The position numbers were made by a program, and so were the translations under genes. DNA of 64,000 nucleotides from Amoebophrya sp. A120 (taxonomy: Eukaryota > Protista > Dinoflagellata): the NCBI GenBank assembly GCA_905178155.1, contig CAJINV010000015.1, positions 973,907-1,037,906 on the forward strand, written 5' to 3'. Positions 47,301 to 56,514 of this stretch are shown here, piece after piece (the stretch's first letter is position 1; the number at the start of each line of letters is the position of its first letter). The notes beneath the pieces are model-generated. The model saw only the letters and a program-made list of their open reading frames with translations. It had not been told where the DNA came from and searched no databases.

Positions 47301-50300
47301 GCATGGTTTTTGGGGGCATTACCTGGGTAATGGTCCGACTTTTGTTGGACAAGATCTAACAGCTTTGACAGTGTAACGTTTGAGAGTCCTCCCGTACCAC
47401 TGCCGAAAGTCGTCGAACAGATTTCCCGTGCACTCTTTCTCTCCCTTCAACGCGAATGCGGTATCATACAGAAAAAAGCAAGCAGGGCATAAGCATATCC
47501 TGATATTTGCAACGCAAAAAATAACTTGTACTTAACACAAAAATCTGTCATGGGCAAGCTCGTCATCGCATGCTGTTCAAGGCACGCAAGAGCGTTCTTT
47601 TTTGTGTGTTTCATCGACAACTTTCTTCGCGGATGGCGATAGCCTGTCCTCCCTCGCCCGTTCGCACGCGAATGCGCACGCTGCCGCTGGCTGGAGGGCC
47701 GACGGCGCCAACACACGACGATAAAGTCAGCCTCTGCGTCCAAGAGGTTGATTTTATGGCCGCGAAATTTCGCGACGATACAATCGACCTGTGCTTCCAG
47801 CAGGGAACAGGAATTCAGGTCTGGAGCCTGAATTCTCGTTACAGTCATGAAAAAGGACCCAAAGCTATTAGTGTACTACTAAGAGAGGAAACATAGTGCA
47901 TAAATAGCTTCTTTTTGGAGACTGCGCTTGGCGCTTGGCGCTTGGCGCTTGGCGCTTGGCGCTTGGCGCTTGGCGCTTGGCGCTTGGCGCTTGGCGCTTG
48001 GCGCTTGGCGCTTGGCGCTTGTCGCGATTCCAGTTGCATCCCCGGTGGTCCTTTACATCATTAGGCTACTATCGCGATGCGCTTCTCCACTGCCCTTGTA
48101 AGTCTTCAGCTTCATCTTCGTTGCTGCTTCCTTTTAAGAAGTAGCCTTCTGACCAACTAGTTTTATTCTGTTGATCTGCTGTCCCTTTTGCATGACCAAG
48201 AGCCCAGCTTGCTCTACCTCCCAATGTATTATGTGGAGTCACTTCCTTTTTTGTGTGTTTCATCTACAACTTTCTTTTGCCTTTTAAAATATCATGCCCT
48301 GCCTGTCTTTTTCTGTGGGATATCCGGCAGCGCAAATCGGATTGCCAATATTTTCGTCGAACAGCAGCTGTCCCGACCAACGGCAGAAATTGTCTCCAGC
48401 GGTACTGTTCCACTGCCACAGGCAACTGACAGGATTATCAGTGTGGCTTAAGGCGTCCAACTGGCAGGTGTCCTTCGTTGTCTGATTGTTACAGTTATGC
48501 ACTGCAAAAGTATCGTACTCGTATAAATGCATTACAAATTCCCTCAGCATAAAAGATGGAATTTGTAATACGGATTTAGATTAGGAGGGAAATTTGTAAT
48601 GCATGATCGCGATTACTCCGAGTACGATACTTTTGCACAGGATAGCAGTACGCTCTCATGAAGGAGAAGGACGCCGGGTCGGCTATTGCGAGGAAAAATC
48701 CCCCCTCCCCATACCAAAACGGGACACTTCTGAAAATTTGCGATGCTGATTAGAGACCGCAAATCGTCTCTGTATTGCAAGAAGGCAAATCCAAAAACCC
48801 CGCCGCGTTCTGCAGGCAGTTTGTAGTGCTGTATTGCCTACGGAGGGTATGCCTGCCTTGCTAGGCGCCTACACCAAAACGCCCCTCCTCCGGCTTTGTA
48901 TCTGCCCCTCAGTCTTCTACTGCAAGACAAAGCCGATTTGTGTACACAAATCCCGCATCACAGATTTCCATTTCGATATGGGGAGGGAGGATTTTTCCTT
49001 TGATATCGGCGCCAGCTCCTTCACCTTTGGCCGGTGCACTTCCACCCACGAGACCATCGTAGTCGCTGGGCCTTCCCGGCATGCAATGGTACTCGTACCC
49101 GCCAATCCAATTGCCTTGTTCGTCTTGCTTCACCTCGTTGTACTCCCAATGCCAGGTGCAGTCGTGGTCCGTGTTCTTGCCGCAAGTTTCTTCGGTGTCG
49201 TTTTCCGCGCAAATCTCCGTCACCCGGCCTTCGTTCACAACACACTTCTTCATCTCCCCGGGCTTGTCACTCTTGAAAATGCACCCGTCAATCTTGTTGC
49301 ATGTAGCCGCGTCCCCGCCTCCTGCTTCACACGGGTCCGTCGTCGCGCCCCCACCAACGCCCCCGAAGGCTACCACGATTCCGTACTTCTCGGGCGGAGC
49401 GTGGCGGGACTCGCACTTACCCGAGGCACCACCTTTGCTGGTACAATCGAACTGCCTGTACATCCAGGGATCGATTCGCAACCACTGCGCCGCCTCCTCG
49501 AGCGCATTTTCCGTGCACTTTTTTGTGAACCCTGCTGCGAGCTCGCAAAGCCGATCTCCCAGCTTTTTGTCGAACAGCAGCTGTCCCGACCAAGTGCAAT
49601 AGTTTTCTTTTCCACCCACACTGCCGTCCCACATCATGACGCAACTGGCACCAGCGCTAGGGCCCGCCGCATGCACTGCACTCTGACCTTGAGGCAGGGT
49701 CAAGGTGCACGTTTTTTGCCCCTGCTTTTCACAGTACTCTTGTTCCATGGAAGTCTGGTCGGGGGGCGAGACCTCCCCTCCGCGCAAGCCGTATAGAGGG
49801 ATCCACTTCGGTAACCGCGACATGCAACTGATTTCGGTCGAGTCTTTGTCCGCGAGGTTGCCGGTAAAATTCGGATCTGCAGGGTACGCGCGGCAAGATA
49901 ACCCATCCAGAGCATCCATGCAGGCCTGTTCTCCAATCTGGCCTATTGTGAGGAAAAATTCCCCCGCCCCAAATCAAAACGAGCAATCGCATGCTGGATC
50001 TGCGTAACGCATAAATCACACTTATCTTGCGGGAGGGAACTGCAGGCCCATGCCAAGCCTGAGTAGAAGGGTTTCGGTCTAGGCGCTTTGCATGAAAAAC
50101 GTCCGCGCTGTATTAGGCCCAGCAGCACCATAGCAAACCGCTCGCATAATGTTGCGGCGGAACCTCCTGTGGCGTTGCCTTCTTGCAAGAACGACGTGGT
50201 CTGTGGTCACAAATCAGCAACACAAATTTTCGGAAACGTGCCTCCTTGTCAATATGACGAGGGGGGATTTTTCCTCACAATATGGCCGGTCTGCTTCGTG

Positions 50301-52419
50301 CCGTTCGTGCCGAATTTCGCGCATTCAAATTGCGCGTCTGCCACTTCGTTTGTTTCGAAGCATTTTTCGACGTAAACTGCCGGATATACACCCCACCAGG
50401 ACGGCCACTTGTATTCGCCCCACGCGTATCCTAAGTAAATAATTTCCCGTACACGTACAAATGCGGAGGTCTCTGCATGACAAATTTGGGCTTCCGATCC
50501 GCTTCGATCCTAGTTTAGCATGACAAGTGTGCTGGCAGCGCTCCAAATTGGTGAAATTTGTGAAGATGCATCTTGTACATGTACGAGTGGAAATTCGTAT
50601 TGCATAACGCGCATTTCGGGGTCATGGCCGTGTTCGGGAGAATGATTTTGGTGCACTTCGCCTCCTCCTCGATCGTGCTGCAGTCAGGCGAGCTGCCCTC
50701 TATCGTAAGGAAACATCCCCCCTCTCCATATCAAAACACAGAAAGCTTCTGATGCTGGACTTCCGTACGCAAATCGGATCTCTCTTGCAGTAGAGGAATG
50801 CGAGCATATGCCGCGCCTGAGTGCAGAGCTTCTGACGTGGGCGCCCAGCATCGCAAATGTCTAAACAGTAGCCCAAGCAGCATCACAAACCGTCCGCGTA
50901 AGTAATGCGGCGGAGACTGTAGAGTTGCATTCTTGCAAGACAAAAAGATTTTTGTGGTCACAAATGAGCCAAAAATTTTCTGAGGGGTACCTTTTTGATA
51001 TGGGGAGGGGGATTTTTCCTTACGATACTGCCCCCTGCTCCCGAGCCGGGTGGAACAATGACGGGACCTCGGGTTTGGACGTACGGCTCCTCCTCGGGCA
51101 GCCGGGCTTGGCAAAGCACCACATCCGATTCCTCGACGGAGGTTTTGGCTGAATCTTCCAAGTACGCTTGGCAATCGTCTTCCACACGCGTTTCTGTGCA
51201 TTGCTCCACCGCCTTTTGTCCCATACCTCCACCCAGTTTCGGGCACGCCTCGGCAGCGTTTTCCAACGCCGTCACCTCGAAGCACTCCGGCTGCATTTGA
51301 GTAGTAGAAAAGACCCATCCAAACTTCGGCTTTTTGCCTTTTCCGTCCCACTGGCACATCCGGTTCAGATGTTGGTCTGTGATCGCGTGGCAGCGTTTTT
51401 CCGCATCCGCCACGTCCTCCCCGTCCTTCACGATCACGCTGTCGCACGCCGTGGGCTGCTTCCACTCGCATTTTCCGTTGGACCACTGACAGACGCCTTT
51501 CACGCGCTGCTCTATGGAGTTCTCAAACGTTACATTCCCAACTGTTACATGAATTTGCAGTGCAGAGCAGCAAAAGTGGAAGGGAGGGTCTTGCAACTCT
51601 AGCATCACAAATTTTGCACAGATTTCCATGCTGTTCCGTCCTTCGCGAATTTGTCATGCGCAGCCGCTTGGTCGTGTGGTTCTGGTTGCTTATGGCAATT
51701 TTGCATGACAAATCATGTAACAGTTGAAAATGTAACGTTTGAGAACGCCATATGCTCCGTGTGGTCGTTGCATGGCTTTTCTTCCACGATTGCCTCGCAA
51801 GTTTTGTCGAGGTCAATATCAAATGCAAATATGTCTGGGTCTGGAAGAATGCAAGTTTGTCATGCTTGTCTCACATGACTCTTAAATTTGTCATGCACAT
51901 TACCCAAGACCCCCATTTTTCTGTCATGCAGAAACGCAGTTTGTCATGCAGAGTAGGCAACACCAAGAAGCTCAGAAACTTGTCAACATGCTGAGCCAGC
52001 ACTTGTAGCCTCCTCATGATACGCCGCACAGCATTACAAGTTTCCAGACCCAGACATTTTTACAGTTGATAGTCAATGAAGATGTGCATTTTGCTCTTTC
52101 CGCCAGCGCGCAAATTCTTCTTCTCCTCGTGCTCCACCAGCACACGGTGAGTTTCCTGTGCCGCGATCTTCTTGGAGGTTTTCTTCTTCTTCGTGCGCTG
52201 GGAGGTTGTCTTCGCGGAGGTGCCGACGCGCGCGGTGCTGTGCTGGCCCTTCGTGGTCACCAGCGCAGCGTCCACCGACGTCCCGATGGCCAGCAGGTGC
52301 ACAACGGTGGCCCCCGCCGCGAGAGAAGAAGCCGCTCCACCGAGGACTGCGCGCTTCTTGTTGCAGTTGTTGCCACCATGGGGGGTGGACTTGGATTCGT
52401 TTTCGTTGTAGCTCGCCAT
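35356..52419 (-). CDS. Large Cys-rich repeat protein, copy 2 (about 26 interruptions)
   Basis: MASYNENESK.. start, GGFLGCC* end, Cys-rich exons such as 49006-49943 and 51028-51512; colinear with copy 1. Confidence 0.75.
35401..35736. mobile_element. Introner family H (copy-2 specific)
   Basis: H-type TIR; DR TCCTG/TCCTC. Confidence 0.87.
35974..36299. mobile_element. Introner family H (copy-2 specific)
   Basis: DR TCATG; empty site at 21421. Confidence 0.9.
36371..36678. mobile_element. Introner family F
   Basis: DR CTTTG; left end reads CAT instead of TAT. Confidence 0.9.
36717..36866. mobile_element. Introner family A at the site where copy 1 has family G
   Basis: A-type TIR; DR CCACG. 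Confidence 0.9.
36921..37199. mobile_element. Introner family C
   Basis: DR GACAT. Confidence 0.9.
37293..37431. mobile_element. Introner family A
   Basis: DR AGCGG. Confidence 0.9.
37572..41525. mobile_element. 3954-bp non-autonomous foldback TIR element
   Basis: TIR TATGAAGGTACGTCCGTCAGT..; about 830-bp diverged inverted arms; inner arrays of GGGC(A/G)TGAGATTT; perfect TSD GCCAGTTC; no transposase ORF recognised. Confidence 0.93.
41640..41875. mobile_element. Introner family B
   Basis: DR TGCAC. Confidence 0.9.
42068..42395. mobile_element. Introner family B (degenerate)
   Basis: DR GACAG/AACAG. Confidence 0.75.
42601..42789. mobile_element. Introner family A
   Basis: DR GACAT. Confidence 0.88.
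43201..43524. mobile_element. Introner family H
   Basis: DR CGGGT. Confidence 0.9.
43602..43940. mobile_element. Introner family B with internal insertion (copy-2 specific)
   Basis: DR CCTCG; empty site near 25581. Confidence 0.88.
44111..44371. mobile_element. Introner family C (copy-2 specific)
   Basis: DR TTTAG/CTTAG; empty site near 25900. Confidence 0.88.
44404..44668. mobile_element. Introner family C (copy-2 specific)
   Basis: DR TGATC. Confidence 0.9.
44768..45045. mobile_element. Introner family C (copy-2 specific)
   Basis: DR TGACA. Confidence 0.9.
45244..45392. mobile_element. Introner family A (copy-2 specific)
   Basis: DR CGGAA. Confidence 0.9.
45441..45756. mobile_element. 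Introner family F (copy-2 specific)
   Basis: DR ACAGT/ACAAT. Confidence 0.9.
45804..47396. mobile_element. Introner family B with triplicated right end and two filler insertions
   Basis: Right junction ..CCCGTA|CCACTGCCGAAA at 46069, 46828 and 47396. Confidence 0.8.
47462..48322. mobile_element. Introner family I with a ~620-bp insertion
   Basis: Same termini as 26654-26871; insertion flanked by a 31-bp duplication. Confidence 0.85.
47924..48021. repeat. (GCGCTTG)14 heptamer tandem repeat
   Basis: Seen directly. Confidence 0.95.
48496..48644. mobile_element. Introner family A (copy-2 specific)
   Basis: DR ACAGT/GCAGT. Confidence 0.9.
48684..49005. mobile_element. Introner family H
   Basis: DR TCGGC. 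Confidence 0.9.
49944..50282. mobile_element. Introner family H
   Basis: DR TGGCC. Confidence 0.9.
50427..50606. mobile_element. Introner family G
   Basis: DR ACGCG. Confidence 0.85.
50701..51027. mobile_element. Introner family H with 8-bp DR
   Basis: TATCGTAAGGAAA / TTTCCTTACGATA; DR CTGCCCTC/CTGCCCCC. Confidence 0.88.
51513..51752. mobile_element. Introner family B
   Basis: DR TGCTC. Confidence 0.92.
51817..52071. mobile_element. Introner family C
   Basis: DR GTCAA. Confidence 0.92.
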
Positions 52420-54707
52420 GGTTTTCTTCTCGTCTACTTGGCGCAATAAACTTGAGTAGTTTATTATTCCGGGTGGTTTAATTTCGTTGCAAAACACCGA
52501 TTTGAGCAAGCCTCTCAGGGTATGAAAGGTTGTTGTTAAGAGAAACAAGTTTTGAAAATTAGTTCGAGCTAATTTCAGTGAAAGGAAAACGTAGAAAGAA
52601 CTTCGTCTCGAAAGTGGTGGTTCCGAAACACGTGTTTTCCTGTCATTTAGGTTTAGAAAACATTTTAGTGGAACAAGATAGAAGACAACGATTTTCGGAA
52701 TCAATCACGGAATTCGAGTACAAACGAAAAGCACAACGAAAAGCAAAAAGAGAAGCACCGAACAAAAACTTTACCGTCTTCATGTTTCTTGCTGTACAAC
52801 CTGCAGTACGACGACTATTCTAGTACGTTTTCCGGACGAGGCAAAGAACGAACTACGATACAACTGGAGGACGAAAACGCGGTCGGACGCAAAGGACTTA
52901 ATATTCCTGAACGAAAGTAAACCGAGTCACAACTTCATCTAGGTAGACATGAAGTGGAAGTGCAAGCCAAGTGCTGCAATTATCGCGTACTTAAATCATC
53001 TACCGATATTACGCGCCGTGCACAACTGACGGACACGAAAGTAAGCCGCGTGTAAGTTCTACGTACGTATACCGATGCGTTTGCTTTTCTGCAGCCACTT
53101 CCTATACCTATCTACGACTTGTTTTTCTTCACGACATTAACGACGAACCGCCCTTGCAGTAGTTTCCTTGAGCTTTCTTCTTGGACGAACACGAAGGAAA
53201 AGAGTACGTTAAAAACTCAGAACAGCGGTCTTCTCGGAGGCCAGAGGCTGTAACTCTGTTCAAAATAGTGCAGCAGCAGGAAAGCATGTCAGGTGCGTTG
53301 GAACCGCACTGCGCTTCTCTTTCACCTTGTTCAGGGATGTGGCAATCGTCCGCATTGCTGAGATTGCTGCTGGGATAATTCAAGAAGAGCCGTGGTGTAG
53401 TAGGAGTTTAGAATTAGTAGATCAGGGTTTCTGTTTACTACATGTCCATGATACACCAGTGCAATTAATTTTACTTAAACCCGAAAGAAACTCAAACACA
53501 ATGACCCAAGGTCTGACTTTGCCAACCGGGCAGCAGCACGCGCAGCCAGAATCGAAATTGGTCCAGGTAATGAAGTAAAACATGCACTTGAAAGTCGTGA
53601 TACAAGAAAAACGATCCTCCAACGCTGCAATATCTTCACTTTTTCTTTTTCTTTCCTTTTCCCTTCCCGCTTTTCGGCGAGTCGTCGCCGCTGGAAATAT
53701 ATGCCCGGCAAAAGTTCTTGTAGTCCCATATTTGTACTTCTGATCTATCATCAGCACGAGAGCCCCTAGGATATCATCAATGAGTTTTTTTTCACGTGCT
53801 TGCTTCAGAGACACAGGGTCTCGCTCAGCAGCGTTTCAATCGCAAGTGCGTCTTTGCCTTTCTCTGACTCGTTGCAAAAAGCTCTTCTTTTAGACATGCA
53901 TTTCGTCTTGCGGCATGGGGGGCCAACATGCTATAAACAAAGAAGTGTCGGACGCTTGTACAAAAACATGCATCTAGCCTACTGTAAGAACAACAACTTT
54001 TGCAAAGCATACCTTCCCCCTTTTCTTTCCCTTGCCTTTCTTCCCTTTCTTCCCCTTCTTGCCTTTTTTCCCTTTCTTGCCTTTTTTTCCCTTTCCTTTG
54101 TCTGACGAATCGTCTTCGGTTTTCTGCTATGCAGTGCAAATTCAATACATGTGGATTTTTTGGGTCATGCAATAGCTTTTCTTCCGCGAAAATTATCGTT
54201 TGCTTCATCTATGCTGATGGCTGTTGGTTGTGAATATTGTGCATGCAAAAGTGATATCCTGCAAAATTCATTTTCATACAGTGTATCAACATGACAGCTC
54301 TGTACTATTTCGCTATCAAAAGAGGACCCGAATCAGGTGTTGTGAAGATGAATTTGCAACGCGTATCTCCGTGGGTCCCACGCTCGCGGCGGTTTCGGTT
54401 TCCTCTTCGCTATGGCGCTCTCAAACCTTAGTACATTGATCGCCCGTACACGATTTTCATTTCTTGCTACACCAGAATGATAAAAGTAGAAGGGGGGGAG
54501 CCGAAAAGCAACAGCTACAGCTTGTGCTTACAGCTTGCGCGGCTTGCATTACAGATTGTCACGGACATCAATTCCCATACTATTGAAAATTTACCGCGTC
54601 ATCTCAAACTTGTGACACACAGTAACTTGATTGTGTGAATCTGGAAGATCGTGGTCCTCCTGGTAGTGATTTTGCATGATAACGAGAAATTATGCAACAG
54701 CGATCAA

Positions 54708-55670
54708 TCATGTAAACTCCTTGAGAGTGCCATACTCGCCCTCACTGCTTTCGGACTCGATCTCATTGTCCTTGTTGAACTTGTCCTCCAAGTCTTTGCG
54801 TTTTTTCCGCAGCAGGTGGTACCGATACCCGAGACAGGACGACGCCCCCGCAGCCAATCCAAGAGCGATCGTATGGTGTTCTCAAACGTTACATCTTCAA
54901 CTGTTACACGAAGCTGTAATGCAAGAATGGCAAAAGCCAAAGGGGGAAGATTGCAAAAATTGCATTACAAATCTCGCGCAGATTTAGGTGGTGTTTAGCC
55001 CTTCGCAAATTTGTCATGCGAAGCAGCTTGATCTTGTGGATGATGATGGTAGTTTTGCATGACAAATTCATGTAACACTTGAGAATGTAACGTTTGAGAA
55101 CTCCATAGATCGAAGAGACCACCTCGAACACGGAGGGCGTCATCTTCATCGCCTTCTCCTTCGCTTTCAGCACCGCGGACTCCTCCCGTAGCGGCCGCCA
55201 GAACTGCTGTGCCTTGGACTCGCGAATGTTCGGGCAGGACACTTTATCCTGTGCAAAAGTATCGTACTTGTATTGCAATCCTGAATTGCAATTTTTTTTC
55301 CTAAGGTAAATCCGAATTTACAAATTTTATTTCTCATGCTGAGGAAATTTGTAACTAATGCATTCATACGCCGGGTACGATACTTTTGCAATGCATATAC
55401 TTCAATCACGTAGCCGGGGTCTTTCAGGGGGTCGGGAATGGAAATGAAAGAGGATGCTGTACATCGCTTGTGCTGGTGTACATTAGCTGCTGTGGATGAC
55501 TTTGTCATGCTGAGAAACGATGGGAGTAGCCCGTTGTGATGCCCGAAAATGCTGCAAGTTTGCTGCTCTGTCGTCGAGCTTTTGTCATGGTCTTCAGCGA
55601 AAAGCTGGGCCAACCGGATTCCCGCCCCATCGGTGGAAGACGGACTACAGCTGAAGGCGTGGTGAGGCAT
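54708..55670 (-). CDS. Hypothetical single-pass membrane protein (5' end uncertain)
   Basis: Spliced ..GYVIEV-SCPNIRES..VFEVVSSI-ALGLAAGASSCLGYRYHLLRKKRK..EFT*; hydrophobic segment followed by basic residues. Confidence 0.55.
54872..55107. mobile_element. Introner family B
   Basis: DR GATCG. Confidence 0.92.
55245..55397. mobile_element. Introner family A
   Basis: DR CACTT/TACTT. Confidence 0.9.
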
Positions 55671-56514
55671 GCTGTGTGCGTCTGGAGCGTATGTAGTTTC
55701 TTCTGCTGTTTCGAAGTACTGGTGGCGAGGTTTGTTTAATGCGTCCTCTTCAACAAGAACCGTGCTACGAATATGTGATTTTCATTTTTGTAGAACAGGT
55801 GCTGATCAACAAAACAGATTCATTTTCAACCGACAAATGTATCGCCACGATCTGGTCGTGCTGGAAAGACTGCAAGACCACAGACCACGACTACTTGTGC
55901 ATTTATTACTTGCACAAGATCATGACAACGACACTGACGACACCGACCGAGATCACGACCCAAGACGAAACGAGGACTCTGCTTCTTGTACTTTTTGCAC
56001 CGAGGTTGTGAAGAGCTCGCCAGATGAAACGAAATTTTCGCAGAATTTATTTCACGGTGAGTTTGGTTTCACCCAGAAAGACGACGATGACGATTTAGTA
56101 CTGCAGCTGAAACGGTACGGCCCTTACGATTGTGACGGACCATTTCTTCCTTCCAGCGATACTTTGTCGGGACCTAAACATGCCGAGACGACAATGATCT
56201 TCTATTCAAACCGAAATAGTCCATAATAGTGGCTCGACCCATGAGGACCGCAACCATCTCAACAGTGCTTGTACTACTAGAACCGCGCATAATATGCGTT
56301 CTGGCGTCTGTCCTCGTGTGAAAATGTAGCACACATCCAGCAGCTACCCAGGCAGTCATTTGCTTTTTCTTAGGTTCGTTTGGAAAAGATGAAAATCTGA
56401 CAGCTTCACAAACTACAACTTGAATGTTCACACAACCACTCGCCGGCATGGCAAGTCTGAATTTCAAGACTTTCCCGTGCCTCATCCAGAAGTATCATCA
56501 TCTTCAAGCAGCTG

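Larger units (their letters stand above)
32918..54712. repeat. Tandem segmental duplication, block 2
   Basis: Colinear with 17157-32705. Confidence 0.85.

Noticed and set aside
47924-48021. Heptamer repeat as a telomere
   Set aside because: Internal, and unlike TTTAGGG-type repeats.
55669-56226. 185-aa plus-strand ORF
   Set aside because: No motif, opposite to all other genes, and lies in the NBP35 downstream region.
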